From Candidatus Parcubacteria bacterium (lineage in GTDB: Bacteria; Patescibacteriota; Saccharimonadia; UBA4664; JBIOIQ01): a stretch of 64,000 bases of DNA. Shown one piece after another: positions 48,327 to 57,222 of the stretch; the stretch's first letter is position 1; every line of letters starts with the position of its first letter. The stretch is taken from NCBI GenBank assembly GCA_963718875.1, contig OY970378.1, positions 388,631-452,630 of the forward strand, written 5' to 3'. The position numbers and the translations under genes were made by a program. The notes under the pieces are model-generated. The model ran no database searches and was not told where the DNA came from. It saw nothing but the letters and a program-made list of their open reading frames with translations.

Positions 48327-48558
48327 AGGGAGCATTGACGTCGCAAGACGTTCCCTGACCCCGAGTCAGGGCCAGAGTTAATGTAATTGAGCTGTTGCAA
48401 AACGTGCTCTTACAAAAATTTCTGCGATATCCTAGGTCGACCATTCCTAAGTTACGAGTTAAGAGTAGAGAGTTTTGAGTTTACTCATGACTCACCACTC
48501 AAGACTCATGACTATGTGAATGAAGAGTTTACACTGCACAACTTAGGTTTTTAACAAT

Positions 48559-48584
48559 AAAAGCCGCCCAACGGGCGGCTTTTA
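48559..48584 (+). terminator. intrinsic terminator about 230 nt downstream of 16S
   Basis: AAGCCGCCC-AAC-GGGCGGCTT hairpin followed by TTAT/T-rich sequence. Confidence 0.6.
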
Positions 48585-48674
48585 TTGTGCTCAGACAAAT
48601 TATAAAGTCCTATTAATGAATGTGGGCGCCTACGGATGACTGAAGTCATCCGTAGGTTTGCGCGCCCGAGTAAT

Positions 48675-49121
48675 TCAGTGCATGGCGCTGACGAGATCGT
48701 CGTGCCGCTTGAGCAAGGCGTCGAACCACTCCAGATCCTCACCTTCGAGGAAGAAGGCGACGAACTCGCGCCAGCCACACACCATGCTGTCGTCGGTGTC
48801 GATGGGAAGCTCATCCAGCGGGAGCAGATGACGGGTCCTTATTTCAGCAGTTCGCTCTCGGCTGATGGTGGTGGGCCCGAAGAAGCGGTCGGATTCCTCC
48901 GAAGCGAAGGCGAACTCGTGCACCATCTGGGTGAAGAGTGGGGTTTGCTGGCGGAACCAAATCTGCATGAGCATGCGTAGGACTGAGTATGCAGACTCGG
49001 CGGGAAACCTCTTCAGATACCTGGGAAGGTCTGCTCGCAGCTGAGCTCTGACTGCGGCCTGCAGGCAGTCTCGCTCGATCTGGGTCTTGTCGGAAAACTG
49101 CATTTTGGTGGGCTCGGGCAT
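48675..49121 (-). CDS. hypothetical protein in a GC-rich island
   Basis: 148-aa ORF; local GC is about 57 percent against a backbone near 43 percent; a perfect 12-bp stem hairpin (CCTACGGATGAC/GTCATCCGTAGG) lies just downstream. Confidence 0.4.
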   Translation of the reverse strand: MPEPTKMQFSDKTQIERDCLQAAVRAQLRADLPRYLKRFPAESAYSVLRMLMQIWFRQQTPLFTQMVHEFAFASEESDRFFGPTTISRERTAEIRTRHLLPLDELPIDTDDSMVCGWREFVAFFLEGEDLEWFDALLKRHDDLVSAMH

Positions 49122-49252
49122 GACAACCTCTTTTGCTCGTAGGAACTACTCGGACTTGTCGGTAATAATGGCAGATTTGTGCTGAAAAGTCAAATTTTAG
49201 AAAGATTATTTATTCAATGTCGTGTATGATTGATGTGCAATAAGGAAATTAT

Positions 49253-49687
49253 ATGACACCTGATACTGCTGGCTTGCCGGAACAAGAGTTTGAAGTGACT
49301 GAGCCTAAAGCAAATGAGCTAGCTCCATCAGATGATGCTCAAGAGGTGGTGGCTTCGGTTGTTCCGATACGGCCAGGGATTGAAGTTCCGCAGGCAGTTC
49401 CAATTCCCGATCAAGCTAAAGGTAATGAGAATTATGCGCTTGAGTACTTGGCTGATCAGGTAGCGGCTGCTCAAACTCGCTACGATAATATGGAGAGAAC
49501 TTTTCATGAGGCTCAGGCTAAAGATAAACCACCGGCAACTCAAGAGGCATTAGCAGACTTACGTGAGGCTGCAGATAACGCCTATACTAGCCTTAATACC
49601 TGGAAAGCACGGTTAGAAGCTGCCGAAAGCTTGCAACAACCAACTGTTTCCGAATCAAACGACGAGCCTGCGAGCTCAACGGCTTAA
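49253..49687 (+). CDS. hypothetical acidic protein
   Basis: 144-aa ORF, charged and low-complexity; no recognisable motif. Confidence 0.3.
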   Translation: MTPDTAGLPEQEFEVTEPKANELAPSDDAQEVVASVVPIRPGIEVPQAVPIPDQAKGNENYALEYLADQVAAAQTRYDNMERTFHEAQAKDKPPATQEALADLREAADNAYTSLNTWKARLEAAESLQQPTVSESNDEPASSTA

Positions 49688-49945
49688 TTATTGTGGGAAC
49701 AGACCAATTATTGGTGCTAGTGCCCAATCTAGAACCGGGCGGTAGAGTCCGGTGAGGTATAAAATGCCACCTAAAACCAGTAAGACTGATAAGATTTTAT
49801 AAACCAAATAAGTAGTTCCGTACCCAAGTTTGTCTTCAATGAATTCCAATCTAGAGGTGTTGTTGACGATTTGAAAATTGTATTTAAGGGTAATTACGCC
49901 CAAAACGATGGCAATAAGTCCGTAAACAATTTGTTGAATAACCAT
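49688..49945 (-). CDS. small two-TM membrane protein
   Basis: 85-aa ORF with two hydrophobic helices. Confidence 0.35.
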   Translation of the reverse strand: MVIQQIVYGLIAIVLGVITLKYNFQIVNNTSRLEFIEDKLGYGTTYLVYKILSVLLVLGGILYLTGLYRPVLDWALAPIIGLFPQ

Positions 49946-50039
49946 GAGCGTAGTATAGCAGATAGTTAATAAAGTTGATGGCTGATGAGGGCGCTGAATG
50001 CGCCCTCATCAGCGAACTAAGGGACCTGGTGAAACTGGG

Positions 50040-50420
50040 TTAGGTCGAAGCCGATACTTCGCTGGCTGACTCCTCTCCTGAGAGGCTTGGTTCCTTGACT
50101 CCCAGAAGCAGCAGCTGGTTGCCTGCCAGCCAGAGGAAGCTTGCCGTTGCACTGCCTTCGGGGACGCTCTTTCCGGTCGCCGACACGTAGTTGTCCGGAA
50201 TAAGATAGACCGGAGACAGGTTGGTGACCTGGAGTACTCCATCGACAAAAACTCCAGTTGAGTCGGCGAAGTAGAAGCAGAGCGTCTGTCGAGGAAGTCG
50301 AAGCCCTGATGGATTGCGACTGTCGACCCTGATGCTCAGGAAGCGAGGATCTTGATCTTGAGGGGGAAGTTGGGTTTGGTAGCACAACATGGTTTGGGGA
50401 ATGCTGGGCTCGTCGGACAT
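50040..50420 (-). CDS. hypothetical protein (GC-rich island)
   Basis: 126-aa ORF in DNA of about 55 percent GC; no recognisable motif. Confidence 0.3.
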   Translation of the reverse strand: MSDEPSIPQTMLCYQTQLPPQDQDPRFLSIRVDSRNPSGLRLPRQTLCFYFADSTGVFVDGVLQVTNLSPVYLIPDNYVSATGKSVPEGSATASFLWLAGNQLLLLGVKEPSLSGEESASEVSAST

Positions 50421-50537
50421 GTGTCCTCCTCGGGTTGGAAACAGGTTGCTACTTTATAGCATTATTTAACAAAAAAGCAACCCTTATATAAAGAATTGCA
50501 CCCCTCCCCGCAAGTGCGGAGAGGGGTGATGACGAGC

Positions 50538-50948
50538 TCAACCGGTTTGGAAGAGGCCTTCCGGGAGTCTGGCTCTGAACTGGGCTAGTACGGGGGCAGG
50601 CTTCTGGAAAAGCGAGTATGACTCACGGTATGCCTTCCAAAGGCCACAGAGCTCTATCAGCGCCGACGGGACGTGGGCTAGGTAGGCGCCAGGGAAAAGA
50701 CTGCTAAGTATGGCATGGATTCCTACCGGGCCAACCATACCGATTGCAAGAATGACGACAGAAGTGCGAGCGTAGAATCTTATTTCCCTTTGCCTCATGG
50801 CGCTTTCGCCAAGCCTACGCATTTCGAGCTCTACCCCAGCTCCGGCAGCCAAAGTTTCCCAGCCGGCGTAGGCAAACGCGACTGCTAGGCCTGCTGCCAG
50901 CATGGAGAGGGGGACGGCAATGAGGAGTGCGATAATACGAAGGGTCAC
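50538..50948 (-). CDS. hypothetical membrane protein (GC-rich island)
   Basis: 136-aa ORF with about 4 TM helices, GC about 55 percent. Confidence 0.35.
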   Translation of the reverse strand: MTLRIIALLIAVPLSMLAAGLAVAFAYAGWETLAAGAGVELEMRRLGESAMRQREIRFYARTSVVILAIGMVGPVGIHAILSSLFPGAYLAHVPSALIELCGLWKAYRESYSLFQKPAPVLAQFRARLPEGLFQTG

Positions 50949-51072
50949 GGTGTCTCCTTGGTCGAAATCCGTTTTAATATTTTAACATATAATCAGTTTT
51001 TTATCAATCCTAAAAAATACGCTGAAGCTTCTTAATATGGTAGGGTTTTAGTGTAATAATAGTAGGAGTACG

Positions 51073-51501
51073 ATGGCGGAGCCAAAACAATTGAGCTGGG
51101 ATGACGTTAATAGTTTGGTTAGTCAGATTGTTCAACAAATACAAAAAGGGTCGTGGCGGCCAGATGTGATTATTGGTATGAGTCGAGGAGGGTTTATACC
51201 GGCTACGATGATTGCTCAAAAGCTAGGAGTTAAATCACTAGTTGGACTTGATGTGGCCAAAGATTCTAACGGTGTAAGGTCACTGGGAAAATTAGTCAGA
51301 CTCAATGACTTGTCGCAACAAAACGTTTTGATAGTTGATGATTCAATAATTACGGGTAGGTTGCTAAGCTTGGCTGCAGGAGCTGTTCGAGCCAAAGGTG
51401 GCGATCCGCGTACCTGCGCTTTGATCTCAGAAGGGATTACTGCTGATCCGGATTACTTTGTAGAAACCCAGGCTCCGATACCAGTTTTCCCTTGGGAGTA
51501 A
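51073..51501 (+). CDS. type I phosphoribosyltransferase (purine PRTase-like)
   Basis: PRPP-binding motif VLIVDDSIITGRLL and an overall roughly 140-aa PRT fold, as in xanthine-guanine/hypoxanthine PRTases. Confidence 0.65.
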   Translation: MAEPKQLSWDDVNSLVSQIVQQIQKGSWRPDVIIGMSRGGFIPATMIAQKLGVKSLVGLDVAKDSNGVRSLGKLVRLNDLSQQNVLIVDDSIITGRLLSLAAGAVRAKGGDPRTCALISEGITADPDYFVETQAPIPVFPWE

Positions 51502-51628
51502 ATAATTTAAGCGTGCCAACTAGACTTTTTTGACCACCATAAAGTAGTAGATAATAGTGCTGATCGGGTTGAAAAAAGGCACAAATGCCTGCTTGGCCCG
51601 GTTTTGTAACTGTCTCTTGAAGATTTGC

Positions 51629-51700
51629 TGGTGGAGATGACAGGAGTCGAACCTGCACCCTCCCGCCGCTGGAGGGATGCTCGAGAGCTTAGGCACGACC
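51629..51700 (-). other. degenerate tRNA-like element (canonical T-arm and CCA end, non-pairing 5' half)
   Basis: On the minus strand: ...CCCTCC-AGCGGCG-GGAGGG-T-GCAGG-TTCGACT-CCTGT-CATCTCC-A-CCA. The 3' 30 nt closely resemble bacterial selC (GCAGGTTCGACTCCTGTGATCTTCCGCCA), but the 5' 9 nt (GGTCGTGCC) cannot pair with the 3' acceptor strand and the D-arm is vestigial. Confidence 0.4.
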
Positions 51701-51776
51701 TGGTGGAGCATGTCGGGATCGAACCGACCACCTCCTGCTTGCAAAGCAGGCGCTCTACCGAATGAGCTAATGCCCC
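51701..51776 (-). tRNA. tRNA-Ala (anticodon TGC)
   Basis: Reverse complement GGGGCATTAGCTCATTCGGTAGAGCGCCTGCTTTGCAAGCAGGAGGTGGTCGGTTCGATCCCGACATGCTCCACCA; G3-U70 pair, anticodon loop CTTTGCAAG. Confidence 0.9.
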
Positions 51777-51861
51777 TCCAGCTCGTGCCTAATATATGAA
51801 TGAGCTTAGTGTGCAAAGGGCTCCAAGCTTCAATACTATGTTGCTTGATGTTTGACTTGCT

Positions 51862-51938
51862 TGGTGGGCGCACAGGGACTCGAACCCCGGACCTCGTCAT
51901 TATCAGTGACGCGCTCTAACCAGCTGAGCTATGCGCCC
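51862..51938 (-). tRNA. tRNA-Ile (anticodon GAT)
   Basis: Reverse complement GGGCGCATAGCTCAGCTGGTTAGAGCGCGTCACTGATAATGACGAGGTCCGGGGTTCGAGTCCCTGTGCGCCCACCA; anticodon loop CTGATAA. Confidence 0.9.
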
Positions 51939-52055
51939 ACAATTGTGGGAGTGTCAAATTTTACCTGTGGCAGGTAGGTCAGGTACTGCTGGTTTCTTGT
52001 CTGGAACCTTGTAATTTAAGCAGAAATACGCTGGTTTCGCAAGGGTGGTTAAAAG

Positions 52056-53561
52056 TTAAACTTTTTCGAGTACAGCAGCTTCGGGCTGGTGAGTAGGCTT
52101 TGTGCGACCAATTGGAGAGGATGTGGGTTTGATGGAAGTAGCAACCTTGGCCTCTTGAGGTCCAAAACCAAAGGCTTTACTCAAAACTGGCCAAAACCAA
52201 AACGTCATCATGGCAATGTAGCCAAAATTAACCATGCCAAATAGTGTCAAATGATGGTCAACCAATACTGTTCGCCATATTATTATTGCCAGGCTGCCCC
52301 CAACCAGTAGTAAATGAGGAGCTGCTAAGCGAATATTCACCCTGTTAATTGGCCCGGTCTTGCGAGTTACGATATATCGAGGTTTTTTCTTCCTTAAAGC
52401 TAAAACAAGAGCTTTAAAATAGACGGGAAAGAGTGATACATAGTATTGGGCAGAAGCAAAACTACGCTCGTTTACAACGTAAACAAAAACGAGTAGGCAC
52501 ACGAGAGAGGGAATCCGTAAAATGGCATAAACAGTATCTCCGGTAAAGGCGGTTTGTCCAGTAATAAGAGTTAGAGCCGGTAAGCAAAATATTAGTGGCA
52601 CCGCGGTACCGGAAACTAGGTATGCCACCGATAATTCGCTGTAGTGAATGCGTTGGCGCCAAGTTAACTGGCGGTTTAAAAGCGGGTTTTTCCAGAAGAA
52701 AACGCGCAGAGTGTCTATACCCCAAGTGCCACGCTGTTTATAAATGGTGCCTAGGTCTAGAGGGGCGGTACCGGTAGTATAAGGCCGGTCGATGTAGAGG
52801 CTAGTAAAGCCATTTGAATGCATTAGGTATGATGTATATAAATCTTCAACTAAGTTCCAGGTGGGAAATTTGTCAATTTTCTCTAAAGCCGAGCGCCTGT
52901 AAAACACTCCAGAACCGGTTGAAATAGCGGCGTTGCAATTGTTTTTGCCCGGTTGAGCGTGATCGTAAAAAGCATGATCATGATTAAAGTCTTTAGGCGG
53001 TACTAGAAAGCGCTGTTTGGTTGTGACTATGGCTAATTTGGAGTCGGTGCCAAAGTAGCCGAGCAGATCTGTGGCAATTTGAGGCTCAACAACTTGGTCG
53101 GCATCAAGTACCAGTACGAATTTGCCGTCAGAGCGACCAAGCCCGTAGTTGAGGTTGCCAGATTTTGCGCCACCGTGCTCACTACGCGCCATATATGTGG
53201 CTTCATATTTATGTGCTAGTTTGGCTATTTGTGGGCGATTCCCGTCATCAAGTACGTAAACGTGCTTATTGTCATATTCAATCATGCTGGCGGCAGCAAG
53301 CGTGTCCTCAAACATTTCGAGTGGCTCATTGACGACGGTAATAAAAACATCAAGTGAGCCTGTTGGAGGTAAGGAGGTGGCTCCAACGTGTTTTTGTTGC
53401 CAATGGTTGATCATAAAAAATGCTAGTGCAGTGTAAAACAGTACTTCAGAGCCGAATAAAATGTGTCCTAGAACCCCTTGGGTATTAAGAGCTAGCCAAA
53501 ATACATAGGCTCCGTTTGTGGCTAATGTCAGTACTCCAAGAATTTTAATTTTGAGTGGCAT
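52056..53561 (-). CDS. family 2 processive glycosyltransferase (cellulose/chitin synthase-like) with multiple TM helices
   Basis: DVFITVVNEP, YVLDDG, LDADQV, a VED(TED-like) motif, and KQRGTWG (the QxxRW equivalent); N- and C-terminal TM segments. Confidence 0.65.
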   Translation of the reverse strand: MPLKIKILGVLTLATNGAYVFWLALNTQGVLGHILFGSEVLFYTALAFFMINHWQQKHVGATSLPPTGSLDVFITVVNEPLEMFEDTLAAASMIEYDNKHVYVLDDGNRPQIAKLAHKYEATYMARSEHGGAKSGNLNYGLGRSDGKFVLVLDADQVVEPQIATDLLGYFGTDSKLAIVTTKQRFLVPPKDFNHDHAFYDHAQPGKNNCNAAISTGSGVFYRRSALEKIDKFPTWNLVEDLYTSYLMHSNGFTSLYIDRPYTTGTAPLDLGTIYKQRGTWGIDTLRVFFWKNPLLNRQLTWRQRIHYSELSVAYLVSGTAVPLIFCLPALTLITGQTAFTGDTVYAILRIPSLVCLLVFVYVVNERSFASAQYYVSLFPVYFKALVLALRKKKPRYIVTRKTGPINRVNIRLAAPHLLLVGGSLAIIIWRTVLVDHHLTLFGMVNFGYIAMMTFWFWPVLSKAFGFGPQEAKVATSIKPTSSPIGRTKPTHQPEAAVLEKV

Positions 53562-53650
53562 CTTAATAGGTTAACCTGAAATCCACTTCTTGCTCAAGCA
53601 TAAGCGTAAGTTAATGGTTCCATTAGAGCGGTTTTGGTACAATAACTGTA

Positions 53651-54082
53651 ATGTTTTTAACAAACCATACTCTGAGCGGTGCAGTACTAGCCCTGAATAT
53701 TCATAATCCAATACTACTGGCGCCTGCGGCTTTTATGTCGCACTTGGCTCTGGATAGTTTGCCGCATTTTGGCCATCCAGGGCTTAGCTTTAAAAGATTG
53801 CCCGGTACGGCTATTGCCGCCGTTGATTGTGCCTTGGCTCTCACAAGCTACCTACTGATCATTAATCATTGGCCTAGTCACTGGTTTATAATTACTATTG
53901 GTATTTTTTTTGCTTGTTTACCAGACTTACTTTATATACCTGAAGTTTTTTTTAATATTCGCTTATGGAAAAGCTTATATACGTTGCATCATGCCGTGCA
54001 ATGGGGGGAATTTCCAGGCGGAGTAGCTATCGAGGGTATCTGGGCAGCGGCAATGCTACATTTGTTGCGGGGATTACATTAG
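53651..54082 (+). CDS. hypothetical membrane protein
   Basis: 143-aa hydrophobic ORF; no motif recognised. Confidence 0.3.
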   Translation: MFLTNHTLSGAVLALNIHNPILLAPAAFMSHLALDSLPHFGHPGLSFKRLPGTAIAAVDCALALTSYLLIINHWPSHWFIITIGIFFACLPDLLYIPEVFFNIRLWKSLYTLHHAVQWGEFPGGVAIEGIWAAAMLHLLRGLH

Positions 54083-54453
54083 GGATTTTCGGGTTTTCCC
54101 CTGCCTTTTTCGAGCGATTCTCTAGCAGCCTTCATGGCACCCTTGCGGGTTTGGGTGGGCGGCTTGTTTGAAGATTTGGCGGGGATATCGGGTCTAGAGT
54201 CTGGGTTTAAGATGGCTCGGATACGAGCGGTTGTTTCAAGGCTATTTATGCGGCTTCCTGTCGCGTTAACCCAACGCCGCTGCGGATTCGTCTGGTTGTA
54301 ATGATTCAGGATTGCTCATCTAGCTCATACTATAATAAACATCAGCCTTAAACCACAAAAATGTGTAAAAAAGTACTAGCAAAAAAATTACCACAAGCGC
54401 TATAATAAAAGTCCAGTTCGATAAAAGTAGATAAAAAACATTAGGAGGGGAAC

Positions 54454-54579
54454 ATGTTCGAGAACGATCAGAAGCAAGACCAGTCACAGGCGCCCGTAAT
54501 CAGTTTACCAGATGATATTGATACCAAAGAAATTAAACTTTGTCGTATTGATGACCCAAATTGCGAGTCTTGCCAATAG
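54454..54579 (+). CDS. small Cys-containing peptide (41 aa) with a strong SD
   Basis: AGGAGGGG 5 nt upstream of the ATG; sequence MFENDQKQDQSQAPVISLPDDIDTKEIKLCRIDDPNCESCQ (acidic N-terminal part, C-terminal C-x8-C-x2-C). It is not in the supplied ORF track because it is under 60 aa. Confidence 0.3.
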   Translation: MFENDQKQDQSQAPVISLPDDIDTKEIKLCRIDDPNCESCQ

Positions 54580-54753
54580 CCTAAAAAGCAACAAAAAACA
54601 AAAACGTACCTACAGTCTAGTGGGGCGTTTTTTTTGTTGGATCAGTGTTATTGCTGGGCAAAATTTCTAAGTAAGAGCTTGCGCTTCGCAGAGATGTTTT
54701 ATTGTAGTCGCTGTTAGTGAAAGCTATAATGCAAGCATAATGGCGGAGGCAGT

Positions 54754-55179
54754 ATGGCGCATGAGGTACAAGAAGGCGAAGTAGTGGAGACAGAACAGCC
54801 AACGCGTGATCCCAAACGGACATGGCGCTATAACAGCTGGATTTCTGGGTTTGTGCTGGTTGTGATAGGCATAATGGTGTTATTGCAAAACTACGGTGTA
54901 GTGACTTTTGTGAGTATTCATAATTGGTGGGCATTATTTATTTTGATCCCTACTTTAGGTGCTTGGAGTACGGCGCTCGGCATGTACTTGGCCAATGGGC
55001 GCAAACTTAACCGCGCGGTGCTGGGGGTGGCTTACGGCGGAGTGTGGCCGTTGTTTATTTCAATTGTATTCTTATTTGATTTGGATTGGGGCAGAGTTTG
55101 GCCATTCTTTTTGATTTTGGCTGGGGTTAGTTCGCTGATCTGGGGCGGTAGGAACAAACACTCGCATCGGCACGAGTAG
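54754..55179 (+). CDS. hypothetical 4-TM membrane protein
   Basis: 141-aa ORF, four hydrophobic helices, His-rich C-terminal end. Confidence 0.35.
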   Translation: MAHEVQEGEVVETEQPTRDPKRTWRYNSWISGFVLVVIGIMVLLQNYGVVTFVSIHNWWALFILIPTLGAWSTALGMYLANGRKLNRAVLGVAYGGVWPLFISIVFLFDLDWGRVWPFFLILAGVSSLIWGGRNKHSHRHE

Positions 55180-55418
55180 TAGTCTGATCGATTCTACCCC
55201 TTGACTGTCATCCCGGATCGGAAGCCGAGCCGAACCATTCTGTAGCTCGGTGCTCCGGATCCGGGATCTTTTAACTGTATTCACTACCTGGCCTTTCGAC
55301 AAACTCAGGGAATAAGCGTTAAATTAAACCATAACAACTTTGTTGTCAGCTATTATTTACACATTTTACTTGCAGTGGTATAACAATGGGACAACCAGTC
55401 CGCCGATCAAGGTGAGGG

Positions 55419-55787
55419 ATGATGAGTGAGTGGAGTTTGGTCGTGGAGACGCGATTTCAGGTGGAGGATCTACTTGGATCGACTCGGGCGTCGCAAGAGA
55501 CACGAGAAGAAGTTCTGACCCTTCTAGACGGCAAAGTGGTAGAAATCCTCAAGCCATTTGTGCTGAGGGCCGTCATGAATGTCTGTGATTCAGAGCATCT
55601 AGATGTATCCTTGGGGGAAGTTCGTACACGGCTGGTGCAGCTGGGATTTTCTCAAGTGACATTGAGCGATGTGGACATTCTGGTTGCGTTCAAGCAGCTG
55701 GAAGTCGAGGGCGAGCTGCGGATCCGTAAGGAAAATGGCGATATTGTCATCCGGGTTGTTCCGATTGCATTTCCAATCAACCGGTAG
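55419..55787 (+). CDS. small winged-helix-like protein, paralog 1 of 4 (GC-rich island)
   Basis: SD AAGGTGAGGG. The C-terminal segment SDVDILVAFKQLEVEGELRIRKENGDIVIRV fits a recognition-helix plus wing pattern (hxxALxxLxxxGxLxxxxxxGxxxxY/I). Confidence 0.4.
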   Translation: MMSEWSLVVETRFQVEDLLGSTRASQETREEVLTLLDGKVVEILKPFVLRAVMNVCDSEHLDVSLGEVRTRLVQLGFSQVTLSDVDILVAFKQLEVEGELRIRKENGDIVIRVVPIAFPINR

Positions 55788-55857
55788 TTTTGCGAAAGCT
55801 TGTATCGTTGAAATGGCCACTCCGGCCGTTGGGCTCATCGAGAGAAGAGGTTAGGCT

Positions 55858-56199
55858 ATGAGTGCTGTAGAATCGGTTCTGGATCTGTTGCAGCGTCGGC
55901 AGCAAGGTCCGGTGGACGAGAAAGCATTGGTTCAGGTGCTGGTGGTGCTGATCGAGCAGTGGCTCTCCGCAGAACTTTCAGAGAAGTCGCCCAGAACATG
56001 GGTCGGTAGTGTCAGGGGGATTATCATAAATCTGGAACGGCGGCATCCCGAGTTGACAGACCTTCTGGACGAAGAGGATGTGCGCAGGGCATTGGTTCCG
56101 CTGCTTCGGGAAGGGATTCTCGAGGCCCCGGCAAGTGAGGACAGGGATCTTCACGGCAGCCCCACCCTTTATATAGCTCGCTCAGGAGTGAGGGCGTAA
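55858..56199 (+). CDS. small winged-helix-like protein, paralog 2 of 4
   Basis: Same architecture; C-terminal EEDVRRALVPLLREGILEAPASEDRDLHGSPTLYIA. Confidence 0.4.
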   Translation: MSAVESVLDLLQRRQQGPVDEKALVQVLVVLIEQWLSAELSEKSPRTWVGSVRGIIINLERRHPELTDLLDEEDVRRALVPLLREGILEAPASEDRDLHGSPTLYIARSGVRA

Positions 56200-56267
56200 C
56201 ATGTTTGTTGCGTAGTTTATCCGGTCATTCCGGCTGCAAATGTAGCATACGACAAGGGAGATGAGAG

Positions 56268-56609
56268 ATGGTAAGTGCATTGGACAGGTTTCCCTATATC
56301 TGGGGGGTCCGAAACAGGACTCTAGCTGCAGTACGAAGCGAACAAGATGCTTTGGCGGCCTTCCATCTGGCTGAGGTCGTCAGAGAGTTCCTTCGCGGTC
56401 TCGGGAAGGAAGTCGAGTTTCAGGGGCTTGAGCTCTACGCTAGGCTCTTTCATCACAACGAGACTCGGGCGGAAATGACCGCCAACGACGCCGACGCCGT
56501 CTTTGTCGGGGCGCTCGAAAAGATGGTTAAGGACGGAGAATTGTTCTGGGGGAGAGAAGGGGGATGGTATCACTGGCGCCCCTCGGTTCCCAGCGCATCG
56601 ACTAGTTGA
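56268..56609 (+). CDS. small winged-helix-like protein, paralog 3 of 4
   Basis: SD GGGAGATGAGAG; C-terminal DADAVFVGALEKMVKDGELFWGREGGWYHW. Confidence 0.4.
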   Translation: MVSALDRFPYIWGVRNRTLAAVRSEQDALAAFHLAEVVREFLRGLGKEVEFQGLELYARLFHHNETRAEMTANDADAVFVGALEKMVKDGELFWGREGGWYHWRPSVPSASTS

Positions 56610-56784
56610 TGATCGACATGAGAGGATGCTCTTTCGGCCTGCCACTGGGGTGGGCCGAAAGAGCAGTTTTTATTTTTGACGATAAACCGATGGATATGCA
56701 TTGTTTTTGAATCGTGTTATAACTCTAAAGCAAGTGGGATACTATTCTGGGCCTAATGCAATATCGGACGAAAAGGGAGCAAGG

Positions 56785-57222
56785 ATGGTTCAGCAGGTGG
56801 CAGTGTCAGGTGATGTGAGCGCTGAGCTGATGGTTCGGCTGAGGAGGCTCGTCAGCGATTACCAGGGGTACGGTGTGAGTACCGTGTTGGTCTGGTGGGC
56901 GCTCGGCCGCATTCGCAAGGCCATGGGTCCTGCAGGTAACTCCATCAGTGGGCGAGAGTTCGTACTGGCTTTGCGTCAGCTCGAAGCTGCTGGCAAGGTG
57001 ACGGCGGTAAGGCTGGAGGGATCAAAACCAACCTTCGAGATTACGGATGTATGGCGGCCCCGGAGTGGCCCCTTCTGGGGGAGTCCGGTGTTGGCTAGTC
57101 CAGTGAAGCACAGTTCCTCAGGACCACAAAGCTCCTCAAGGGCATCAAGCGCGAGCGACCAGCGGTCGCGACTTTACCGCGAAGAGGATCTCTACTCGAG
57201 TACTTATGTGAATAGCTGGTAG
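56785..57222 (+). CDS. small winged-helix-like protein, paralog 4 of 4 (with S-rich C-terminal extension)
   Basis: ATG at 56785 preceded by AAGGGAG (preferred over the TTG at 56701 used by the ORF track); SGREFVLALRQLEAAGKVTAVRLEGSKPTFEI motif; followed by a 12-bp stem hairpin terminator at 57228-57266. Confidence 0.4.
   Translation: MVQQVAVSGDVSAELMVRLRRLVSDYQGYGVSTVLVWWALGRIRKAMGPAGNSISGREFVLALRQLEAAGKVTAVRLEGSKPTFEITDVWRPRSGPFWGSPVLASPVKHSSSGPQSSSRASSASDQRSRLYREEDLYSSTYVNSW

Noticed and set aside
51629-51700. Interpretation of the tRNA-like element as the acceptor piece of a two-piece (permuted) tmRNA
   Set aside because: No complementary GGGG(A/G)UG-type 5' acceptor strand or tag reading frame is present downstream on the same strand within several hundred nt.
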